A stretch of DNA of 32,000 nt, taken from contig CAZQEL010000004.1 of NCBI GenBank assembly GCA_964591795.1, positions 16,805 to 48,804 on the forward strand, read 5' to 3'. This document shows, piece after piece, positions 7,383 through 15,702 of this stretch. Every line of letters starts with the position of its first letter. Positions within the stretch are counted from its first letter, which is position 1. The notes beneath the pieces were generated by a model, which saw nothing but the letters and a program-made list of their open reading frames with translations, ran no database searches and was not told the DNA's origin. The translations under genes were made by a program, and so were the position numbers. The DNA comes from an uncultured archaeon. GTDB taxonomy: Archaea > Iainarchaeota > Iainarchaeia > Iainarchaeales > CSSED10-239.

Positions 7383-9296
7383 TTACCTTTTTATAATATA
7401 TTCTTTTTGTATTTCTTTTGAAACATCATGAATAACTCTTATTTTTTTATCAATTAAATTTTGTAAAATTTGAGCTCTATCAGATATTTTTTTCTTAATA
7501 TCAGCATCATTTAAATTTGTGTATGTTTTAATAATATCAAGATACATTATTGGATTACTTGTTCTTTCTAACATATCTGTTTGAGGATTCCATGCAAACA
7601 CCATATTAATTTTTGGATCTCCATCTAAAACGCCTTTTATTTCAGCAATAGCAGTAATTCTTCTTACTTGTCCTTTTGCGGTTCTTAGTCTTTTTTGAAT
7701 TATAATAAAATCAATACCAGCAAGCATTAATGGAGGTACGTTCATGGGAGGAGAAGTTAATCTTACAATAGTTTCTTTTGCAGAGTTAGCGTGCACTGTT
7801 CCCATACAACCATCGTGACCTGTGTTCATGGCAGTGAATAAGGTAGTTGCTTCTTTGTGTCTTATTTCACCTACTATTATTCTATCTGGTCTCATTCTCA
7901 ATGTATTTTTAGTTAAAATTTCTAAACTTAATTCACCTTTACCTTCAAGACCTGGAGGTCTTCCTTCAAATCTAATTACATGTTTAATAGGTAAATTTAA
8001 TTCCGCAGTGTCTTCAATTGTTAATATTCTATCTGATTCTGGAATAAAATTTGCTAAAACATTTAATGTGGTTGTTTTTCCAGATCCAGTTCCACCAGAT
8101 ATTAAAATATTTGATGGTTTTGCACCAAACCCTTCAACCACACACCATAAGAATGATGCAACTTCTAAATTTAAAGTTTTAAAATTAATTAAATCAATGA
8201 TAGTGTAAGGATCTTCTCTAAACTTTCTAATAGTTATTGTAGAACCATCAATTGATGCAGGTGGTACAGTTGCATTTACACGAGAACCATCAGGTAATCT
8301 TGCATCTAAAAGAGGATTTGCAATATCAACATTTCTACCAATAGATCTTGCAATTTTATCAATAATATCATTTATCCCATCATCAGAATAAAACATAATA
8401 TTTGTTGTCATCATACCATAATCTATATGATAAACATATACTGGTTTTTTAGGACCAACAATCATTATTTCTTCAAGTTTATCATCATCAAGTAAAGGCT
8501 CAATTATTCCATATCCAGTCATTTCTTTTACAACTGCGTCAGCATAAAAAGGATATAAGTGCTTTGGAATATTAATTTCTTGAGCGGTTTCAAGAATATC
8601 TAGAACTTTTTGATAATATATATTTTTTCTTTGTAAATGATCTTTAATTTTATAAGGATCAGATGAAACTAATCTAGTTGTTGCTTCTTTTAAAGTATTA
8701 ATAATTATTTTTTGACTAGGATTTGGTTTAGGCACAGGTACTGAATAGTGTAGTAATGATTGAGAATCAAGTCTATAAATTTTAACTTTATTATATTTAG
8801 CAATTACAGTTGCACCTTCTATTGTTTCTTCTTGTGCTTCAATTATAGTATCATTTTTTGGTTGAAGTTCATCAGGATTAATATCCTTATTATTTTCTAA
8901 AGATTTTAATTTTGATAAAGCATCTTCTCTATTTTTAACTTGTGTATTACTTTCAAAAGCATCTGTTGGTTTGTTAAGATCCTCTATTGATGTTTTTGGT
9001 TGTGAAGAAATAATTTCTTTTTCTTTAAATACATTTTTTGGTTGTGGTGATGAAAAATCAACTATCTTATGTTTTAATAATAAATCATCTAAATTTTGAG
9101 AAGAAGGTGTTGATATGGTATTTTTTTTATGGTTATTATCTTGCACAGGAATTTTTTTTTTTTCTGTAAAAACTTTTTTAATTTCAGAAGTTGGAGAATT
9201 ATTTAAAACTGGTTTTTCTATTAATTTTTCTTTACTAGAAACTTTTTTTTTATCATCACTATATTTTACAATCAATTCATCAAGATATGATGCCAT
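7383..9296 (-). CDS. Type IV pilus assembly ATPase (VirB11/TadA/FlaI-PilB superfamily, EpdL-like)
   Basis: Walker A is SGGTGSGKTTTLN. The Asp box/Walker B region is ILTIEDTAEL...RMRPDRIIVGEIR and the His box is NTGHDGCMGTVHANSA. The ORF-track start at 9305 is GTG; the ATG at 9296 is preceded by GGTGA with a 5-nt spacer. The N-terminal ~190 aa are low complexity. Confidence 0.9.
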   Translation of the reverse strand: MASYLDELIVKYSDDKKKVSSKEKLIEKPVLNNSPTSEIKKVFTEKKKIPVQDNNHKKNTISTPSSQNLDDLLLKHKIVDFSSPQPKNVFKEKEIISSQPKTSIEDLNKPTDAFESNTQVKNREDALSKLKSLENNKDINPDELQPKNDTIIEAQEETIEGATVIAKYNKVKIYRLDSQSLLHYSVPVPKPNPSQKIIINTLKEATTRLVSSDPYKIKDHLQRKNIYYQKVLDILETAQEINIPKHLYPFYADAVVKEMTGYGIIEPLLDDDKLEEIMIVGPKKPVYVYHIDYGMMTTNIMFYSDDGINDIIDKIARSIGRNVDIANPLLDARLPDGSRVNATVPPASIDGSTITIRKFREDPYTIIDLINFKTLNLEVASFLWCVVEGFGAKPSNILISGGTGSGKTTTLNVLANFIPESDRILTIEDTAELNLPIKHVIRFEGRPPGLEGKGELSLEILTKNTLRMRPDRIIVGEIRHKEATTLFTAMNTGHDGCMGTVHANSAKETIVRLTSPPMNVPPLMLAGIDFIIIQKRLRTAKGQVRRITAIAEIKGVLDGDPKINMVFAWNPQTDMLERTSNPIMYLDIIKTYTNLNDADIKKKISDRAQILQNLIDKKIRVIHDVSKEIQKEYIIKR

Positions 9297-9301
9297 AAAA
9301 T

Positions 9302-9308
9302 TCACCTA
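9302..9308 (-). promoter_or_regulatory. Shine-Dalgarno of the pilus ATPase overlapping the rfcS stop codon
   Basis: The minus strand reads AAA-TAG-GTGAATTTT-ATG. The rfcS stop TAG (9308-9306) shares its G with GGTGA (9306-9302), and 5 nt later comes the ATG at 9296. Confidence 0.6.
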
Positions 9309-10286
9309 TTTGTTTATACTAATTAATATTATTTGAGCAAGTAATGCTTCAAGTTGGATTCTATCATTTGCACCTTCAACTAATCTAAAGTTAATTTCTG
9401 CAATTTTATCAATTATTTTTATTTTCATTTTTATATTTATTTTTTCTTCAGGATAAGCTACTAATTTTTTATAAATTTGATTAATTATATCTTCTCCACT
9501 TAATCCCTGTTCAAAAAGTAATTTTTGCATAAAGCTTCTTGCTTTTAAAAAATCTTGGGATAAACAGGAATCTATCATATTATATATATCTTGAGGTTGA
9601 GCTGAATTTGACACTTCATAAATACTTTCTAAAGTAACTTTGTTATTTATTGAAGCTGCAGCTTGTAAATAATTAATTGCAGTCCTCATATCTCCTGCAC
9701 AAACATCAAAAATTGCATCTAATGCATCAGTATCTAATTGTACTGTTTCTTTTTCAGCAATCATAGTTAAATAATCTTTAACATCTATTTTTAATAAAGG
9801 TTTAAATTTAAATAAAGAACATCTACTTTGTATTGGAGTTATTAATTTTGAAGAATAATTTGCATTAAGTATAAATCTAACAGTTCCAGTATATTTTTCC
9901 ATGGTTCTTCTTAGTGCTTGTTGAGCATCTACTGTTAATGCATCAGCTTCATCTAAAAAAATTATTTTAAAATCTGCACCTAAAGGAATTGTTCTTGAAA
10001 AATCTTTAATTGCTCCTCTTACAATTCCAATACCTCTTTCATCAGAAGCATTTAATTCTAAAAAGTCTTGAGAAAATGTATTTTGAAAAATTTCTTTTGC
10101 AAGTGCTACTGCTGAACAAGTTTTTCCAATTCCTGGAGGACCTGCAAACAACATATTTGGCATACTTTTCTTTTCAACATATTTTTTAAGCCTAGGAATT
10201 ATATGTTTTTGACCAACCATTTGGTCTAATGTCTTAGGTCTATATTTTTCGGTCCAAGGAAAAGAATGGTCTGATTTTACTGTCAA
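9306..10286 (-). CDS. rfcS: Replication factor C small subunit (clamp loader)
   Basis: N-terminal WTEKYRPKTLDQMVGQ, Walker A GPPGIGKT, DEAD-type Walker B IIFLDEADALT and the SRC motif QSRCSLFKF are all present. The 326-aa length is typical. It has a TTG start preceded by GTGAT. Confidence 0.92.
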   Translation of the reverse strand: MTVKSDHSFPWTEKYRPKTLDQMVGQKHIIPRLKKYVEKKSMPNMLFAGPPGIGKTCSAVALAKEIFQNTFSQDFLELNASDERGIGIVRGAIKDFSRTIPLGADFKIIFLDEADALTVDAQQALRRTMEKYTGTVRFILNANYSSKLITPIQSRCSLFKFKPLLKIDVKDYLTMIAEKETVQLDTDALDAIFDVCAGDMRTAINYLQAAASINNKVTLESIYEVSNSAQPQDIYNMIDSCLSQDFLKARSFMQKLLFEQGLSGEDIINQIYKKLVAYPEEKINIKMKIKIIDKIAEINFRLVEGANDRIQLEALLAQIILISINK

Positions 10287-10497
10287 AAATAATCACTTTA
10301 TAATATATATTAATAATATTTATTGTAACCCAATAGATTTATAATACTTTTTAATACTAGTAAAATTATATCTAATTCGAACAAATGTTAACTAAATTTT
10401 AAGATTTACAAGCAATTTTAAATTAAAAACAAAAATAAGAAAGTTATTTATAGTTTTTAGTACATAAATATAATATAAAATAAAAAGAGAATAATAT
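10287..10497. promoter_or_regulatory. Divergent promoter region (rfcS-pilus string versus membrane protein/mtaB string)
   Basis: This 211-bp AT-rich intergenic region lies between divergently oriented genes and has several TATA-like tracts (for example TTTATAATATATATT near 10297-10311). No transcription start can be defined from sequence alone. Confidence 0.3.
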
Positions 10498-10905
10498 ATG
10501 ACTAAAAAAATTAAATTTAATTTAAAAGCAATAATTTGGTTTTTAATTGCTATAATAATAACCTATGGAATGATTTACCTATTAACTCCTGGTGATTTTT
10601 TTAAATCTCCAATGTATATGCTTTTACCATTAGTTGGATTTTTTGTAATGTTTTATATTACAGAATATATAATGAAATATATTCATTTGAAAAACAAATA
10701 TATTTTTTTAGGAATATTTATTGTGCTTGGAATTATAGCCTATTACTTAGCAATATTCTTTTTTTATTGGAATATAATTACATTAAATAATATACCTGCA
10801 AAAGAACTTTTTAAATTTGTTTTTGGAAATACAAGTTTGATTTTAACAACCGCCTTTTTAGAATTTATTGTTGCAGGGGCATTTGGAATAATTGCCTCTA
10901 AATAA
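10498..10905 (+). CDS. Small integral membrane protein (4 TM), unknown function
   Basis: It has an ATG start and four clear hydrophobic helices. I recognise no motif. Confidence 0.5.
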   Translation: MTKKIKFNLKAIIWFLIAIIITYGMIYLLTPGDFFKSPMYMLLPLVGFFVMFYITEYIMKYIHLKNKYIFLGIFIVLGIIAYYLAIFFFYWNIITLNNIPAKELFKFVFGNTSLILTTAFLEFIVAGAFGIIASK

Positions 10906-10937
10906 TTCTTTTTTTAATTTATTAAAATTTGATAAAT

Positions 10938-12173
10938 ATGTCTAAATTTTTTGTAAAAACATTTGGTTGTACTTTAAACAAAAAAGACACAGAAGAAGTA
11001 ATTAATTTAAATGAGACCACCTCTGATTTACAAAAATCTGATTATATATTAATTAACACTTGTGGAGTTAAAGAACAAACTCAAACAAAAATAATTAATT
11101 ATCTCAAAAAAATAAAACTTACTAACATAAAACAAAATAAAATAATTATATTTGGTTGTTTAGTAGATATAGATAAAAGTGCAATGACAAGTGTTTTACC
11201 AAATGCAAATTATTTTAAAGTAGCTGAAAAAAATAATATAAAAAAATTAATTGGGAAAGGAAAATTAAAATCAAAAAAAATAAATTTCACACAAATTATC
11301 GTGCTATCAAATGGTTGTCTTGGAAATTGTTATTATTGTGCAGTTAAATTTGCAAGAGGAAAACTAAAAAGTAAGCCAGTAAATAAAATTGTTGAAGAAA
11401 TAAAAAAAGAATTAATTGAAAAACAAGTTAAAGAAATTATTTTAACATCCCAAGATAACGCTTACTATGGACTTGACATTAATGAATCATTAATTACACT
11501 TTTAAAAGAAATTCTGAAAATTAAGAATGATTTTAAATTAAAAATAGGTATGGGTAATCCTCAACATTTAATTAATATTTTACCCGAATTAATTGAAATT
11601 TATAAAGATCCTAGAATATATAAATTTTTACATATTCCTATTCAGTCAGGTGACAATCAAGTACTTAAAGATATGAATAGATTTTATAAAATAGAAGATG
11701 TATATAAAATAATTTCAGAATTTAAAAAAGAAATACCTGAACTTACAATTGCAACAGATATAATTGTAGGTTACCCTACAGAAACTGATGCCCAATTTAA
11801 AAACACATTAAAATTTATTAAAGAAATAAAACCAAACTTTGTAAATATATCTAGATACGGGATTAGAAAAAATATTGAAGCAAACAAATACACAGATTTA
11901 AAAGGAAATATAAAAAAAAAACGTTCGAGAGAATTAACTATCCTTTTTGAAAATACAATTGAAAATAAAAACAAAAAAGATATTAATAAAATAAAAGATA
12001 TATTAATTACAAAAATTGGTAAAAACGGATTATATATAGGCAAAACTAATGAATATAAATCAGTTGTAATTAACCAAAAGGTGTCCCTTGGAGACAAACT
12101 AACTGTAAAAATAACAAAAACCTCAAAATACCATTTATTTGGAAAAATAACAAATCCAAAACAAATTAACTGA
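10938..12173 (+). CDS. mtaB: Radical-SAM methylthiotransferase, archaeal MiaB-like (MtaB/CDKAL1-type) with a TRAM domain
   Basis: The N-terminal UPF0004 Cys pattern is FVKTFGCTLNKKD...NTCGV...GC and the radical SAM motif is CLGNCYYC. A C-terminal TRAM-like beta domain (VVINQKVSLGDKLTVKITK) is present. The ORF-track start at 10929 is TTG; the ATG is at 10938. Confidence 0.85.
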   Translation: MSKFFVKTFGCTLNKKDTEEVINLNETTSDLQKSDYILINTCGVKEQTQTKIINYLKKIKLTNIKQNKIIIFGCLVDIDKSAMTSVLPNANYFKVAEKNNIKKLIGKGKLKSKKINFTQIIVLSNGCLGNCYYCAVKFARGKLKSKPVNKIVEEIKKELIEKQVKEIILTSQDNAYYGLDINESLITLLKEILKIKNDFKLKIGMGNPQHLINILPELIEIYKDPRIYKFLHIPIQSGDNQVLKDMNRFYKIEDVYKIISEFKKEIPELTIATDIIVGYPTETDAQFKNTLKFIKEIKPNFVNISRYGIRKNIEANKYTDLKGNIKKKRSRELTILFENTIENKNKKDINKIKDILITKIGKNGLYIGKTNEYKSVVINQKVSLGDKLTVKITKTSKYHLFGKITNPKQIN

Positions 12174-12239
12174 AAATGTTAGGTTTTTAAAATAATTGAC
12201 ACAATATATAGTATATATTAAACTTAAAATTGATAATTT

Positions 12240-12959
12240 ATGGACGTAATATTAAGCTTTAAAAAATATTTTGAAAATTACAAACTTGCATTTTCATATA
12301 GTGTACTATTTATTTTTTTGCTTTTTATAATTGATCCTTTCATAAGTATGTTTGGAGGTACCTTAAATTTATCCTATAACTTAGTTGATGCACCTTTTGT
12401 AAATATGGTAGTTATATTAATTACAATGCTTATTTTAAATTTTATTTATTCATTAATACAAAGTGTTTTAATTTACAAAATAGGAAAAGACTATCACATT
12501 TCAGAAACTGTGCCTTTCAAAAAAATAAAACAAATATTTTATAAATTATTGAAATTTAATTTTAGTTTCTTTTTATTTATTTTTTTAATATCCGCAATAT
12601 TATATGACTTTAATATTTTAAATAATATCTTAATTCAATTAATTTTTTTAATTATATCAATAGCACTTTGGTTTGTACCTCAAATAATGGTACTTGAAAA
12701 CGAATCTATTTCAAAATCAATATATTTAAGCATTAAATATTTTGGCAGGAATTGGTTTCATTTTATCACTTTATTTTTAAGTGCATTCATATTAATTATA
12801 ATCACAAGTTTACTTGATATTTTAATTCCTGGTGTAGGTGGATTCATTATTTCAACAGGATTTTTAGTTATTTTTGTAATTCCATTTATAGAAATTTTAA
12901 AAACAGAAATATACTTAAATAAATATAATTTATTAAAACCAAGACATCAATTAAAATAA
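12240..12959 (+). CDS. Polytopic membrane protein (about 6 TM), unknown function
   Basis: The long ORF has regularly spaced hydrophobic helices. I recognise no catalytic motif. Confidence 0.5.
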   Translation: MDVILSFKKYFENYKLAFSYSVLFIFLLFIIDPFISMFGGTLNLSYNLVDAPFVNMVVILITMLILNFIYSLIQSVLIYKIGKDYHISETVPFKKIKQIFYKLLKFNFSFFLFIFLISAILYDFNILNNILIQLIFLIISIALWFVPQIMVLENESISKSIYLSIKYFGRNWFHFITLFLSAFILIIITSLLDILIPGVGGFIISTGFLVIFVIPFIEILKTEIYLNKYNLLKPRHQLK

Positions 12960-12981
12960 TATTTAAAAAAGAGGAATAATT

Positions 12982-13452
12982 ATGCAAATCATAGATAAAA
13001 TTGACAAACACATTATTGAAAAATTAATAAATGATGGAAGAATATCATTTGCTGCTATTGCCAAAGATATTAACTTAACTGATGTTGCAATTAAAAAAAG
13101 ACTTGAAAGATTAAAACAAAGAGGTATTATTAAAAATATTTTTGCAGAAATAGATTATAACATTATAGGTTATACTGAAATAATAGAAATGCTTGTTGCA
13201 GTAGATCCATCTAAAAAAAATGAAGTTGTTAAAAAATTAAAAGATAATGAAGATGTACTTAGTTTAATTGAAGTTACTGGTGAATATAATTTAATCTGTA
13301 AATTAATGGCACAAGACAAAATTGATTTAAAAATTGTGTTAGATAATATATTTAGAGTTGATGGAATAATAAAAGTAAATACATTAACAGTTTTAAAAGA
13401 ACACAAAAACAGTAAAAGCCTTCCAAGTAAAATATTACAAACCACATTTTAA
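12982..13452 (+). CDS. Lrp/AsnC family transcriptional regulator
   Basis: The N-terminal HTH is DKIDKHIIEKLINDGRISFAAIAKDINLTDVAIKKRLERLKQRGII, followed by a RAM/ACT-like domain. The 156-aa length is typical. GAGGAATAATT precedes the ATG. Confidence 0.85.
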   Translation: MQIIDKIDKHIIEKLINDGRISFAAIAKDINLTDVAIKKRLERLKQRGIIKNIFAEIDYNIIGYTEIIEMLVAVDPSKKNEVVKKLKDNEDVLSLIEVTGEYNLICKLMAQDKIDLKIVLDNIFRVDGIIKVNTLTVLKEHKNSKSLPSKILQTTF

Positions 13453-13477
13453 ATTTTTAAAAAAGGATCTGTTATAA

Positions 13478-15619
13478 ATGAAACTAATTATTTCTGAAAA
13501 GGCAATTGCAGGAAAAAAAATTGCAAATATATTATCCAAAAATAAATTTGAAACTATTAAAGATAAAGGAATTAATACTTTTAAATTTAAAGTTGGCACT
13601 GAAGATTACCTTTTAATTCCTTTAAGAGGTCATATTAATACAGTAGATTTTGCAAATCCAGAAGGTTACTGGAGTATATTTAATTTAGATTTACTTGCAA
13701 ATAAAAAATTTGAATACAAAGAAGTAGAAAAACGAATTATTACACTTTTAAAAGAAAAAAGAAAAGAATTAACAGAAATTATAATTGCAACTGATGCTGA
13801 TCGTGAAGGTGAAGCAATTGGTCTAGAAGCATATAATTATATAAAAATAAAAAATGATAAAGCTACCCTTAAACGTGCTTATTTTAGTGCATTAATTGAC
13901 AAAGAAGTAAATAATGCATTTAATAAATTAAGAGAATTAGATTTTAATTATGCATATTCTGTTTTTGCAAGACAAGAAGTTGATTTATTATGGGGTGCTA
14001 TTCTTACAAGATACCTATCAGTAATATCAAATAGAAAAGGAAAATTATTTTTATCTGCAGGAAGGGTACAAACACCACTTTTAAATTTTATTGTTGAAAA
14101 AGAACTTGAAAGAGATAATTTTGTTTCTGAAAAATATAGAGTTATTAGAATACTATTTGAAAAAGATAAAATTAAATTTGAAGGATTACACAAAATAAAT
14201 AAATTTTTCAACACTGAAAAAGGAGATTTAATTTTTGATAAAATTAAAGATGCTAAAGAAGGTATTGTTCAATCAGTATCCAAATCAGAAAAAATATTAA
14301 GAAGACCAGCTCCATTTAATACAACTAGTTTTTTACGAAGTGCAAGTGCAATAGGGGTTGGTACTACAAAAGCAATGTCAACCGCAGAAAGTTTATACCA
14401 AAGAGGACTTATTAGTTATCCGAGAACCGATAACACAGTATATCCTTCAAGCCTTGATTTTAAAGGTATACTTTCAAAATTATCAATCATAAAGGAATAC
14501 GAATCAGATATTAAAGAAATTTTAAAGAAACCACTTAAACCATCCAGAGGAAATAAAGAAACTACTGATCATCCTCCAATATATCCTGTAGATATATCAT
14601 TAGATTTAGATGGAACTGAAAAAAAGGTTTATGATTTAATAATTAGAAGATTTTTGGCTACACTTTCAATAGATGCAAAAACAGAAAATTTATCTGTAGT
14701 AATAAATGTTTTAAAAGAACCATTTACTGTTACCGGTCAAATAATATTAGAACCAGGTTGGAAAAAAATATATATTTATTCAAAATTAAATGAAGTAATA
14801 TTACCTCATTTAGAAAAGGAAAATATAGTTGCAATTAATAATAAATTTTTAGATAAAAAAGTAACTACTCCACCTCCAAGATATACAGAAGGTGGATTAA
14901 TCAAATTAATGGAAGATCAAAATTTAGGAACTAAATCTACAAGACCAGCAATCATACAAAAGTTAAAAAATAGAAATTATATTAAGCAAGAAAAACAAAT
15001 TGAACCAACTAAAATAGCTATCTCTGTATGTAGTGTTTTAAATAAACACGCAGATCTAATTGCAAAACCAAAATTAACTGCTGATATTGAAGAAAACATG
15101 GAACAAGTAGCAACTGGAAATAAAACAAAAGAAGCTGTTGTTGATGATAGCAGAAAAATGTTACATGAAATAATTAAAATACTTTTAAAAGAAAAAGATG
15201 ATATTGCAAAAGAACTTCGTGGTGGAATACAAGAAAGTAACTACATAGGTAAATGCAATAAATGTGGTAAAAATTTAATTATAAGACATGGGAAAACTGG
15301 AAAACAATTTGTAGCATGCACAGGATATCCTGCATGTAGAAATACATTCCCATTACCACAAAATAAAAATGTAACTCCAATTGAAAATGTGTTTTGTGAA
15401 GTATGTAAAAGCCCAATGATAAGAGTTGTTGGCAAAAGAGGAAAACCCTATGAAATGTGCTTAAATCATAAATGTTCAACCAAAGAAGATTTTTTAAAAA
15501 AAATGAAAGAAAACGAAGCAGAAAACACAGATAATTCTGAAAAACCAAAAACAACTAAATATTATAAAAAAACATATAAACCAAGAAAAAAATATGTTTC
15601 TAAAAAAAAGAAAATTTAG
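13478..15619 (+). CDS. topA: DNA topoisomerase, type IA (TopA)
   Basis: The Toprim domain has LIISEK and IIATDADREGEAIG. The catalytic Tyr region is GLISYPRTDN. Two C-terminal Zn ribbons are present (CNKCGK..CTGYPAC and CEVCKS..CLNHKC), followed by a Lys/Tyr-rich tail. Confidence 0.92.
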   Translation: MKLIISEKAIAGKKIANILSKNKFETIKDKGINTFKFKVGTEDYLLIPLRGHINTVDFANPEGYWSIFNLDLLANKKFEYKEVEKRIITLLKEKRKELTEIIIATDADREGEAIGLEAYNYIKIKNDKATLKRAYFSALIDKEVNNAFNKLRELDFNYAYSVFARQEVDLLWGAILTRYLSVISNRKGKLFLSAGRVQTPLLNFIVEKELERDNFVSEKYRVIRILFEKDKIKFEGLHKINKFFNTEKGDLIFDKIKDAKEGIVQSVSKSEKILRRPAPFNTTSFLRSASAIGVGTTKAMSTAESLYQRGLISYPRTDNTVYPSSLDFKGILSKLSIIKEYESDIKEILKKPLKPSRGNKETTDHPPIYPVDISLDLDGTEKKVYDLIIRRFLATLSIDAKTENLSVVINVLKEPFTVTGQIILEPGWKKIYIYSKLNEVILPHLEKENIVAINNKFLDKKVTTPPPRYTEGGLIKLMEDQNLGTKSTRPAIIQKLKNRNYIKQEKQIEPTKIAISVCSVLNKHADLIAKPKLTADIEENMEQVATGNKTKEAVVDDSRKMLHEIIKILLKEKDDIAKELRGGIQESNYIGKCNKCGKNLIIRHGKTGKQFVACTGYPACRNTFPLPQNKNVTPIENVFCEVCKSPMIRVVGKRGKPYEMCLNHKCSTKEDFLKKMKENEAENTDNSEKPKTTKYYKKTYKPRKKYVSKKKKI

Positions 15620-15702
15620 AAACAACTAATTTTTATAAAAATAAAAATCTTTTTAAGCTCTTTTAACTATAATATAACTATTAAATTTAAAAAAGATTAA
15701 TT

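Noticed and set aside
6338-9336. Plus-strand ORFs 6338..6529, 7822..8208 and 9115..9336
   Set aside because: All are antisense to the strongly supported TadB-like and ATPase genes. The 7822..8208 frame mirrors the Walker A/B region of the ATPase, so its length is a by-product of the conserved sense frame.
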